From assembly GCA_004431415.1 (NCBI GenBank), contig QPMI01000095.1, positions 340,780 to 404,779 on the forward strand: 64,000 nt of DNA. Reading direction: 5' to 3'. Under the pieces are notes generated by a model. It did not search any database. It saw only the letters and a program-made list of their open reading frames with translations, and was not told the origin of the DNA. The position numbers and the translations under genes are program-made. The stretch comes from Cyanophora paradoxa CCMP329 (taxonomy: Eukaryota > Plantae > Glaucophyta). The first letter of the stretch is position 1. Every line of letters starts with the position of its first letter. Shown here piece after piece: positions 11,644-22,757 of the stretch.

Positions 11644-13521
11644 ATGGGCGACGCGTCCGAGCAGGACCAGCAGCTCGTGCGTTCGCACTACGATCAGCGG
11701 AAGAGCCTGGGGATTGCAGGCCGCGAAGAGAGCCGCACTTTCAAGGTGCGGACGCTGCACAACTGGATCAAGGTGCGCCACCGCGCCCCGCGCCCCGATC
11801 TCGTTCTGCGTCTCGTTCTGCGTACGCGTCGTTCTGATCTCGTCTCTAGTTCGCGCTCATCGAGTTCGATGAGCACGCGCGGCGCCGCTCACGGCCCGTC
11901 GTGCTCGACCTGTGCTGCGGGAAAGGCGGGGACCTGAACAAGTTCGCGCGGGTGCGGGCGCGCGGGGTCGTCTGCGTGGACTGGGCGAGGAAGAGCGTCG
12001 AGGAGGCGGTACGGCGCTGGGGCTCGATGCGAGAGCGGTTTCCCGTCGAGTTCTACTGCGCGGACTGCTTCGAGGTTGACCTGGGGGCCCATCTGCACGC
12101 CGACCTCCGCTTCGACCTCTGCTCGTGCCAGTTCTCGCACGCCCCGCCCCCCTCCCCCGCACCGCTCCCGCGCGGCCCGACGCGGCGGCAGCGCGCACTA
12201 CGCCTTCGCGTCGGAGGGGCGGGCCCGGGCGATGCTCCGCAACGTGAGCTCGCGGCTCGTCCCCGGCGGCGCCGCCGTCCTCACCCTCCCGGACGCCGAC
12301 GAGCTCGCGTGCGGCGGCCCGCCCCGCGCGGCGGCCCGCCGCGCCGACGCGGGCGGCGCAGGCGGCGGCTGAGGGCGAGCGGCGGGGACGGGTTTGGGAA
12401 CGGGTTCTACCGGGTGCGCTTCGACGCGGGGAGCGCGGGGCGGGCGCGGGCATGGAGCTCGAGGAGGGGCCCCCGAGCCCGCCGAGCCCTCGGCGTCCGC
12501 TACGAGGTGCGCCGGCGCCCCGCGGGCCGGCGGGGCGCCGAGGGTCCACGCGGGGCGCAGTTCTACCTGGAGGACAGCGTGGGGGAGGCGGCCGGCCCCG
12601 GCGCCCTCGAGCTCGTCCCCGAGTTCCTCGCCCCGCTCGCCACCCTCCGCCGGCCCGCCCCAGCCCCGCCCCCGCCCCGCCCGCACGCCCGCCCGCTTGC
12701 CGACGCCCCGCAGCCTCGCAGCGGAGGCGGGCCTGGAGCTGGTCTTCGCCCGCAACTTCCGGCGTTCGCGGAGGAGCTGGGGCGGGACGGGCGCAGGTGG
12801 CGGCGCTGCGGCGGATGCTGGGGGGTGCGCGGGGCACCCCCTCGAGGCCCTCTCCCCCGACGAGTGGGAGGTCTCCTGTGCGCCGCCCGGCCCCGCATGC
12901 GCGCGCGGCGCTGACGCGCGGCCGGCAGCGCTCTACGCCGCCGTCGCGTTCCGCAAGGCCGCCGCCGCCCCGGGGGCCGGCCCCAGCCGCAAGCGCGACC
13001 GCGACGAGGAGCGCGACGCGCGGCAGCAGGGCCACCACCCGCGCCGCGAGGGCGACCCCGGAGGGCCCTACGACGACCGCGGGGACAACGCATACTCGCG
13101 GCAATCGGACAGCGGCTACAGCGATCGTAGAGGGGGGTACAATGACCGGTGGCGTGGCTACGACGATCGGCGAGGCGGCAGTGGCGACCAGCGAGGGAGG
13201 TACGACGAATGGAGAGGAGGGTACGATGACCGGCGAGGAGGGGGATACGATGGTTCGCGAGGCGGGTACGACGATCGAAGACGAGGACACGATGGTCGGA
13301 GGGCAGGACACGATGACTGGCGAGGGGGGTACGACGACCGGAGAGGCGGCTACGAACGAGGTGGTTCTGACGAGCGGAGAATGGGGTACGACGGTCGGAG
13401 AGGCTATGACGACGGGGGAGGGTTCGGTGATCGGCGAGGGGCGCGGGAGGCGGGGGAGCGGGCTTGCCCCATCGTGCTCGTGCCCGGCTTCTCCGCCTCC
13501 GACATCCGCTCCCTCCCGTAG
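11644..13521 (+). CDS. RNMT: mRNA cap guanine-N7 methyltransferase with an RGG/YDD low-complexity C-terminal tail
   Basis: VRSHYD..R.ES....VRTLHNWIK, VLDLCCGKGGDLNKF, FDLCSCQFSAHYAFASE..AR.MLRNVS..L.PGG, YEFYLEDSV, VPEFL, LSPDEWEV..LYAAVAFRK. Confidence 0.93.
13080..13440 (+). repeat. Coding minisatellite (RGGYDDR-like peptide repeats)
   Basis: Repeated GGYDDRR/GHDDWR units in the last RNMT exon. Confidence 0.85.
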
Positions 13522-13534
13522 CGACCGTGTTCGC

Positions 13535-15773
13535 TTAACTCCGTTTGCACGCCTCTCCGCTCTCCGCCAGCGGGCGGGGGCCCGGGCCCGGGCCGGGAGG
13601 GGCCGCCGGGGCGCGCCGGCGGCGGCACCAGTCGAGGTAGTAGGCAGGCTCGCGGCCGCCCTCGAGCTCCTCGGCACGCACCGCTGCCTCTGCCGCCCGC
13701 ACCAGTGCCGCCGCCTCCTGCGCGCCCCGCCGCCCTCGCACGCGGCGCCTCGCGTGGGAAGCTTGCGGGGCGGCCGGCACCGCGTCGGGCTCCATGCGCA
13801 GGGCCCCGCAGAGGGCGACGAGGAAGTCGGGGGGCAGGCCGGCGCCGCCGGCCCCGCCCTCCGACGCCGGCGGCTGGCGCTCGCGTACTCGCGCGAGGCT
13901 GAGCTCGATGACGGCGCGCTCCCGGCGGCCCACGCGGAAGAGGGCAACCGCGCCAGCCACTTGCCCAGCTCCGAGGCCCCGCCGGTCTGCCCCCGCCGGC
14001 CGTCAGCGGGGCGGCGACAGGGGCGCGGGCGCGGGGCGGGGCGGACGGCGGCGGCGTGGGCGTCGGCGCGGAGGAGGGCGGCGACGTGCGGGCGGAGGCG
14101 GTCGCGGAGGAAGGCGGCGGCGGCGGCGCGGCCCTCGGCGCTCGCCTCGAATGCCGCCCCCGCCCCGCCCCGCCCCTCCACCGCCCCCGCCGCGAACACC
14201 GAGTGCGCGAGAGCCAGCGGGTAGCCCGGTGCCATCGGGCCGTTGATCAGCAGCGGCGTGTCCAGGCTCGCCTGCCGCCGGTGTCAGGCTCCCCGTCGCA
14301 GAGCCACGCGGCCTACGAACCCGCACGATCTCCTCGGGAATGTACCCCTGCCCGCAGGCGTCAGGGGCGCCCCGGGGCGGCGGTGCGGAGGGGGAGCCGG
14401 CGCACCGCACAGCATGCGACGAGCGTGCCGACCTGGCGGTGGCTGATCATGAGCTGCGGGGCGGGGGCGGGGGCGGGGGCCCGGGGGCGGGGCGGGCGGG
14501 GACCATCTTGCGGATCTGGTGAAGGAGGAATGCGCGGCCGCCGAGGCGGAGGAGGACGTGGGGGCGGCCGGCGACCTCGGCGGCCTCGCAGTCGAAGCGG
14601 TAGACCGTCCGCAGGAAGGCGGGGTCCAGCGCGTCCCCCTCCCCGGGCCACCGCCCCGCCTCCATCGCCCCCCGCAGCGAGTGCCGCGTCCCCGGCCCCG
14701 CCCCAGACCGCCCCGCCCCCGCGTCCGCCCCGTCCACCTTGGCGCCGCCCTCCGCCGCCTCCTCGCCCTCCCCGCCGCCCTCCGCCGCCTCGCCCTCCAC
14801 TTCCCCCGCCCCCTCCCCCCCGCCCCCGCCCCGCCACCGGGGCCGCGACTGGGGCGCTTGGCGGCGGCGGGAGGGCCGTCGCGGGCGGCGAGGGTGCGGC
14901 GGCGCTTGCGGCGGGCGTCGGAAGCGGCGTAGTTGTGGAAGTGGCGCGTGCCGAGAAAGAGCGCCGCCAGCCGCCCCGCGCGCCCCACGTCCGCCTCCCC
15001 CGCGTACGCGTCGGGCCCCGCCCGCCCGCCGGCCGCCGCCTCGAGCGCCTCGGCGAAGAGCGCGTCGGCCGCGGCGTCCTCCTCCGGCTCCGGCGGGGCC
15101 CGCAGCGCGAAGGCCCCCGCCGGCAGCAGGTACTCGTACAGCCGGTAGCTCGTCTCCTGCGCCCCGCCTCGAGCTCGCACCCCGCGGCCCCGCGAAGGCC
15201 GGAGCGCTGCGAGGGGCGGCGCATGCGCACGTCGCGGGCGTCGAAACCGCTGCGGACGCGCTGCAGGTCGAACGCGCGTATGTCCTCGGGAAGCGCCCCG
15301 TTCAGCCGCTCCAGCAGCGCCCTCGCTGCCACACGCCCGATCGCCGCCGCGTCGCCGGCCCCGGGCCCCGCACAGCCGCCTGCTCCAGCTGCAGCTCCAG
15401 CTGTAGGCCCACTGGCAGCCGCAGCTCCCGGCGGCTCGAGGGCGTCCCGCGGGATCCGAAGATCGAGTGCGAAGAGGGCGGCAGCCGCGTGCACCCCCTT
15501 GTCCGTCCGCGAGCTCCTTGATAGCCGCGTCTGCGCTGGCGTTGCATTCTGCCAGAGGAGCCCGATCTCGCTCAGCGCTCGAAGCAGCTCGCCCTCGATC
15601 GCTGTGCGAGATCAGCCGGCTCACGTACGCGTACCGAGGGGATATCACGCACTCTTAAGGCGCGCGTTGTACTGACTGCCTTCGTACGCCGTTCCCAGAT
15701 AGCCTAGCAGGAGCGCGCACCTGACCTTCTTTGCCGGTGCGCGGCTCGAGCTCGCGCTCGCCTCCCTGCTCAT
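13535..15773 (-). CDS. tRNA pseudouridine synthase, TruA/PUS1 family
   Basis: CALLLGYLGTAYEGSQYN, GVHAA, LNGALPEDIR, FDARD..YRLYEYLLP, FLGTRHFHNY, GRAFLLHQIRKMVG, PMAPGYPLAL. Confidence 0.9.
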
Positions 15774-15875
15774 GGCAAGGTGGCTCCCACTTAGCTGTGC
15801 CCCCACTGAGCTGTGCCCTCCGCCGACGGCCGTCGGCCGGCGGCCGCAGTTTGTGGGGTAGAGGATTCGAATACC

Positions 15876-18800
15876 ATGCTGGGCCTCACGCCGCTGGGCG
15901 CGCTCCGGCGTGCAACGGAAGAGATGCGCTCGATTGGTGCGTCCATTTTGAGCACTCCTCGCGCTGCCCCCTACGCCGCTCGCAAGCGACGACGAAACGA
16001 GCGCTCTCGCAGCGCGCCTCGCGCGGCCTCTGTCGTACAAAGGGCGTCGTCTTGATCTCGTGCAGCCCGACGAAGCCGCTCCTCCTCCGGACGCCGAGTT
16101 CCTCGGCTCGACCAAGGGGACGACGATCATCCCTCCCAGGCGCAGCCAGAGGCCCAAGGTGTTCAAGCGCGATCACGAAGAGTGGTGGAAACGCGCGATC
16201 CACCGGCAGCGCGCTCGCGAGGGCGTCTCGCGCTACCAGGACCGACATCCAGCGCTCCCGTTCAACCCTCGCGAGCTGCCGCCGTCACCCTGGGCCGTCT
16301 CGCACCCAGCGAGCATCGGGATTGGGCGCGGCAGGCGTACGTACGCTGTCGCAGCCGGGAGCCAGGCGTTTCGGCGGCCGCGCCGGCTGTCAGCGAACCG
16401 GGATTGGGACGCGGACGAGGACGACGAAGACGAGGAGGACGAGGAGAGGATCGACACGCCAACTGCGAGGCGCTCCGCCCGCATCCAGCCAAAGCGCAGC
16501 CCGGAGAGGCCAGCGGCGCGCGCCAAGAAGTCGGCTTTCCGAGGGCGCGGCCGTGTGCGGGATCTGCGGGAGGAGGAGGAGGACGAGGACGAGGACGAGG
16601 ACAACGAGAACACGTACGACGGGCTGGCCATCCGGGACGCGCGCGTCTCGTCGTGGCAGGAGGAGCGGGACGAGGAGTTCGACGTGCGCCGCCCGCCCCG
16701 CGCGCCGCCCCGCCGGCCTCACGCGGCGCGCAGGAGGAGCTGTGGCAGCACGTGAAGGCCCGGCAGATGGGCCTCCCCGCGAAGGAGATGCCCGGCACCT
16801 CACGGCTGCGGGGCGCCGAGCGCAAGGCGCTCAAGACGATTGCGCCGGGGCCGCCCTCGGTCAAGCAGCTCCGGGAGGAGCGCGACAAGCTCGAGCGCCG
16901 GCAGCGCCGCGCCGAGCGCGCCGGCTCCGATCGCGAGGCGGACGAGGCGGCAGCGGGGCGGGGGAGGCGGCGGGCGGCGCGGCGCCCGCAGCGGAGGAGG
17001 GGCGGGAGGGAGGCCGCTGGTGGAGCTCATCGGGCGGTGGCAGGGCAAAGTCGAGGCCGCCGTGCGGGCTCGCGACGCCGAGCGCTTCTCGGCCCTCATC
17101 AAGGTCCGCGGCGCGGCGGCGCGGCCGGGCGGCGCGGCCGGGCGGCGGGGCGGCGGGGCGTGAGCGGGGGCGTGAGCGGGGCGTGAGCGGGGGCGGCAGG
17201 GTGTGGAGGTGGAGGACGCGGTGCCGGCGGTGTTCGTGTGCAACGCGGCGATGCACGCCCTCGCCGAGGCCGGAGAGCCGGCCGCCGTCGACGCCCTCCT
17301 CGACCTCATGCTCCAGGCCCGCCCGCCCCGCCCGCACCCGCCCCGCCCCGCCGCCGGCCGCCTGAGGGGGCCCAGGAGCGCGTCTTCCCCGACTCGGTGA
17401 CGCTGGCGGTGTACGTGCGGGGCTCGGAGGCGGCGGCCCCCGCGGAGGCCCTCCCGGGGGAGTCCCTCGCCCTCCTCCAGGCCCCCGCCCCGCCAAGCCG
17501 CCCGGGCCCGCCGCCCGCGCCGAGCGCGCGAGCCACGTTCTGCGCCCCGACGGGCCCCACGCCCGCGTCGCCGCCGTCTTCGAGCGCTTCCGGCGCCTCG
17601 CCGCGCGCCCCACCATCGAGGCCGTCACCGTGCGACCGCCGCTGCCCCGCCCCGCGCCGTTGGGGCAAGCGGGGCGGGGCGGCAGGCGGTGGTGCAGCGG
17701 TACGCGGCGGCGGGGCGCCCCGGGGCGGAGATCCTGGCCCTCTTCCGAGCCCTCCGCGCCCGGCGCGCCGGCGCGCTCCTCCTCGCCGCCGGCCCCGCTG
17801 AGGCTGCGCAGGTACAATATCGCGTGCGACCCGCCGGCGTACACGGCCCTCATCAAGGCCGTCTGCTTCCCGCCCCGCCGCCCCGCCCCGGCCCAGGGCG
17901 CCTCGGGCGCGAAGGCCAAGGCCGAGAAGGCGGTGGGGGCGGTGGGGGGCCCGCTGCTGGCGATGGCCCTCCTGCGAGAGATGAATCGGCAGAAGGGCGC
18001 CGCAGACGCCCTTCTCTACACCACCGTCGGCCCGCCCCCGCCCCGCCCCCGTCCCGCCCCCGTCCCCGCCCTGCCGCTGACGGGCGGCGGGGGCAGTTTC
18101 GGCGCTGTGCAAGCGGGGCGCCGTGGGGGCGGCCACGGCGGCCTTCGAGGAGGGCCTCTCCTTCGGCTGCCGCTTCGACACCCGTGCGCGCGCCGGGCGC
18201 GCCGGGGCGGGGCGGGGCGCGGAGGCGCGGCTGAGGGAGCGCAGTGGCGTGGAACGTGGTGATGTTCGGGCTCTGCGTGCGCGGCCGCACCCCCGACGCC
18301 GAGAACTGGCTCTCCCGCATGCACGCCGAGTGCGGCCCCCGCCCCGCCCCGCCCCCGCCCTCCGGCCCCCGCCCCGCCCCCGGCCCCGCCCCGCCTCCGC
18401 CCCCGCGCCCCCGCCCCCGCCCCCGCCCCCGCGCCCCGCCCGCGCCCCCGCCCGTGCGCCCTCTGAGGCCGGGGCAGGGGCGCGGACCCGGACGCGTTCA
18501 CGTACGCGTGCCTGGCGCGGAGCTACGCGAAGGAGGGGCGCCGGGAGGAGGGGCGCCGGGTGCTCGAGCTGGCGGCCCGGGAGGGGGTGATGCCGGCCGG
18601 CGTCTCCCTCGAGTGGGTGGAGAGCTACGCCGGCTTCGGCGAGATCCGCGAGATCAGCGCCCGCCAGGCCGCCCAGGCCCGGCCCCGCCACGGCTCTCGC
18701 CCCTGGCTCAACGACCCCCGCCGCGACCCCCTCGAGCAGCAGACCGCCGCCCCGAAGCCGGCCGCTGCGCGCACTCGGGACCTCCCCAGCCCGCGCCGCG

Positions 18801-18892
18801 GGCGCTCCCGCACCACCAGCCCTCGCCGCGGGAGCCGCCCCGCCGCCCGCGCCCGCGGCTCGAGCACGAGCGCACGAGCCCTGCTTAAGTGA
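15876..18892 (+). CDS. Pentatricopeptide repeat (PPR) protein, probably organelle-targeted
   Basis: PPR-like motifs: FVCNAAMHALAEAG, PDSVTL, AYTALIKAVC, LLYTTV, AWNVVMFGLCVRGR, PDAFTYACLARSYAKEG. Arg/Leu-rich N-terminus. Confidence 0.85.
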
Positions 18893-19169
18893 TCGCTCCC
18901 CGGGCCCGGACGCGTACATTGCGGAATACATACGATATATCATAGTATCCGATGCAGGGAGATAAGCTTAAGAATTACGATTACGATAAGCCGGGTGGGC
19001 TCGGGAGTCGACGAGGCCCGGCGCGCGGCTGCCCCCGGAGGATCCCCAGCAGCAGCCGCAGTAGGTTAGGGTAGCCTTTAATTTAGTATTCTTCTTCATC
19101 GCGTAGGCCGCCTTCCAAGGATAGGCCTCGCAGACGGGGGTAGCTGGGTTAGCGCCTCGTTTTTCGAGG

Positions 19170-19259
19170 CTGGCACTGCTCTACTATCCCCCTGAGGGCC
19201 CGGCATCCCCCGGGTACCAGCACGTAGCGTGTGGTCGTGTAGCTACCGTGTGAAGAGCA
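19170..19259 (+). repeat. Dispersed ~90-bp repeat, copy 1 (inverted copy at 62419-62508)
   Basis: ctggcactgctctactatcccc...ctaccgtgtgaagagca matches the reverse complement of 62419-62508 with about 3 substitutions. Confidence 0.9.
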
Positions 19260-19496
19260 TAGTATTGCCGTCGGCGTTCGTCGCTCGGATTCGCTGAATT
19301 TCGCTCCCACTGGGGGATACCGCATTAGTGCTTGCCGGAGGCTACCTCGAACTCGCTCCCCGACAGCTGCAGCTGGGCAGGACAAGCGCCCGCACCATTC
19401 GCGCCGAAGGCAGTACACAGCCGCCTGACCATCAGCACACAAGGCCGATCAGAGCAGCTCTCAATCGATGACCACCGGCTGCTGACCAGAGAAGAG

Positions 19497-22176
19497 ATGA
19501 CTACAATAATTTTCAAGACTTCTTGTGGGGAAACCAAGCCAGGTCAAGGAGTGTTCCTGGTCGGAAGCTGCAAAGAACTCGGTTCGTCGCGCGCAGGGCG
19601 ATCCTTGGCGCATTCGTGAGCTAGTAGTACATACTCAGTCCCTGGAACATAACACGCCTGGCGCGCATCTTTGGCCACAGGAGACGCTGAGTTTCTCTGC
19701 TGCAGGTGCCTGGAATGTTGTTAACGGACTTAAACTCTCTACTTCTGCTGCCAGGTGCGTCGCTTTCGTCCAGAAACTCGCCCGCGCGCACGTGCCTAAT
19801 CCGCGCGCGGCAGCTTTCCGGAGTGGCGCGGATCCGTCTCTTTGGCCTCCTCTGGAACGCAAATAGAGTATAAGGTCGTTATCGCGGACGAATCTGGGAA
19901 GAATCCGCGCTGGGAAGATGGGAAGAACAGGTCGTTGAAGCTGCAGCCCAGCGATGTATCCGTGGCCGTCGCCTTAACTTGGAGCAAGCCCGGTGGTGAG
20001 CTTTCTTTTTCTATTCTTGCTTTCATTGCTTTTATAACGGGGCCACAGAGTCCCTCGAAGTTGCTTCAAGTGCTCCTTCCACACCAGCACCAACGCCAAC
20101 ACTGGCACCCCAGCCGGCGCGGCCGGCGCCCGTCGCGCATTTAGCGCCAGCGGCTTTGCCTCCCGTTGCTGCGGCCCACGCCCTCGCCGGCAACTCGAAG
20201 GCGTTCAGTCCACAGCTAGGGAGTCCGATCGGCTCGCCGATGGCGTTCTCGCCGATCGGCTCGGCGCACCCATCGGGGAGCCCCTCGGGGCTCGCCGGTC
20301 TCCTCCCTCTCTCCACTTCCTTCTCGCCGATCGTGATCGCGTCGTCGCCGTCGCCCCCTGCGGCGCTGTCGACATCGCTGCCGCCGCGGCCCCGCGGCCC
20401 GCCGGCCTCCTTCCACGAGGAGGAGCAGGCGGCAGCGCCGCGCCTTCTCGGCCTCTCGATCGGGTCCCCCGTGCCGCTCAACGTCGCGCCGGGCGCCGGC
20501 TCGGCGCACAACTCGCCGCGCGCCCTCTCGAGCTCCTCGAGCTCGGCCGGCTCGGGGCCCAGCACGCCCACCAAGGTGATGCACCGGTCGGGCCCCCCGT
20601 CGGCGCCGCGGCCGATCCCGACGAAGCCGCCCGTCTACCACGGGCCCCACGGGCCACACCACCACGAGTCGCCCCTCACCGTCCAGATCCCCTCGCCGAC
20701 GCAGAAGCCGGCGCCGGGCTCGAACCCGACGAGCCCGGCGGGGATGCTGCGGAGCCCCGTGCTCTCCCCGGGGACCCCCGGCTCGCTGCCGTCGGCGGTG
20801 CGGGTGGAGCTGGGCGTCCCCAAGGTGGAGGGCGAGGAGGCGCGGGGCCTGGAGCTCGGCCAGGTGCTGGGGCGCTCGGCGTTCGGGGCGATCCACCAGT
20901 GCACGGAGACGGCGACGGACCGCACGCTCGCCATCGCCCGCATCCCCCGCCACATCCTCTACCGCGCCCCGGCCCGCATGAAGGCCCGCCCGCCCGCCCC
21001 CCCCGCCCGCTCCCGCCCCCCCGCGCCGCGCCGCGCTGACGCGGGGGCAGACGCTGGTGGAGGTGGTCGAGCGGGTGCGCAAGGGGCAGCAGGAGCGGGG
21101 TCCCACGGGGCGCCACGTCGTCGCCCACCGCGACACCTTCGAGACCCCCGTGCGCCCGCCCCGCCCCGCCCCGCCGGCCGCCGCGGGGCGGGGTCCGACG
21201 GGGCGGGCAGCTCTCGCTGTGCTACACGATGGAGCTGGTGACGGGGGGGAAGCTGTTCGACCGGATGGTGATGAACGGGGCGTACAGCGAGAAGGACGCG
21301 GCGGCGTGCATGCTGCAGGTCGCCGCCGGCCTCGCCTTCCTCCACTCGTGCGGCGTCGTGCACAGCGAGCTCAAGCCCGAGAACCTCATGTACGAGGGGC
21401 CGGACGCCGACAGCGCCCTCGTGATCATCGGGCTGGAGCAGGGCCACCTCGTCGGCGAGACCGACCGGGAGGCGGCGCAGCGGGCGGCGCCCGAGTACCT
21501 GGCCCCCGAGGTGCTCGCGCAGGGGGACGAGTACCGCTACGACCCGGCCGCCGACGTCTGGTCCTTCGGCGTCATCCTCTACGTGCTCCTCTGCGGCTAC
21601 TTCCCCTTCTTCGGGGCGACCCCCGAGGAGGTCTTCCGCCGCGCCCTCGAGGCGCCCCTCGACCTCGAGCGCCGCGAGTGGGCCGCCGTCTCCGAGGCGG
21701 CCAAGCGCCTCCTGCGGCGCCTGCTCGACAAGGACCCCGCCGCCCGCCCCCGCGCCGAGGAGCTCCTCGCCGACCCCTGGATGCGGGGCGAGGTCTGCGC
21801 GGAGGCGCCGCTCGCCCCCAAGGTCGTCTCCAACCTCGCCGCCTTCACCGCCCGCCGCCGCTTCAAGGCCAGCGTCCTCGCCGCCGTCGCAATGGGCCGC
21901 CTCAAGGCCGCCGGCGCCTCCCCCTCGGCCTCGCCCCGCGCCTCGCCCGTGCCGGGGGCCCACGCCGGCGGCCAGGAGAGCGGGCGGGCGAGCCCGACGG
22001 GGGCGGCGATGAAGGACCCGCGGCTGGCGGCGGTGCTCGCGGACCCGCACGTGCACTCGGCGCTGCGCGACCCCGACCTGGCGGCGCGGCAGACGGCCGC
22101 CGCGGAGCACGCCTGCGGGGCCCCCGAGCGGCCCCTCCACCTCCACCACGCCCTCGCCCGCCTCCAGGCCGCCTGA
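19497..22176 (+). CDS. CBM20 starch-binding domain fused to a Ser/Pro linker and a CaMK-family pseudokinase
   Basis: CBM20: TKPGQGVFLVGSCKELGAWN..FPEWRGSV..IEYKVVI..RWEDG.NR. Kinase fold: MELVTGGKLFDR, HSELKPENL, YLAPEVL, DVWSFGVILYVLLCGYFPF, followed by FTARRRFKA. Confidence 0.88.
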
Positions 22177-22757
22177 CAGCCCCGCCGCCCGCCCCCGCCG
22201 CCCCGCGGCGCCTCCTCCTCTTCGTCTCCCGTTTTCGCCGCTGTACCACGACTCCAATTTTGACCGGGCACCGCGTACTCTAGTAGACCTTCATTTCTGT
22301 TGTTTTCTGTATCGTGTATTTCATGGGTAGTAGGGGTAGGGGGGCATGGGTAGGGGTAGAGGGACTTGTTTGTTTGATGACGCAAGCCCTGCAAGAGGGA
22401 CAGCAACGTTGTCTGTCCCCTTCCCGCGGAGCTCGCTCCCCGCGCGGGTCGCAATTTTCGGCTTCGGCTTTCAAATCGATGATTTCAGCTTGCTTTCTAA
22501 ATTTCTCGGTATTGTAGAAACGAGACCGGTGTGGCAGTGCCGCACGCAGCTTTTTTTATATTGCAGGACAATCCCGCTGCGCCGGCGTTGCGGTCGCAGT
22601 TGGGGCATCGATATTGGTCGCACTTAGTGCACAGAGCAACGTAATTTACGATCTCCTATTCATTCAGCGGCTATCACAGTGTGTATTGCGACGAGTGTTC
22701 AAACTAAGACATTTCTGCAGGGCCTTTCCGGGGGCCGAGCGCGGGGGGCCGACCAGG

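Noticed and set aside
12750-12840. Programmed frameshifting or RNA editing at apparent frameshifts (also in the permease, F-box and large hypothetical genes)
   Set aside because: They fall in or near G/C runs and are most simply long-read consensus indels.
22325-22365. Telomeric repeat
   Set aside because: Irregular gggta(g) tract, not a regular telomere unit; at most G-quadruplex-prone.
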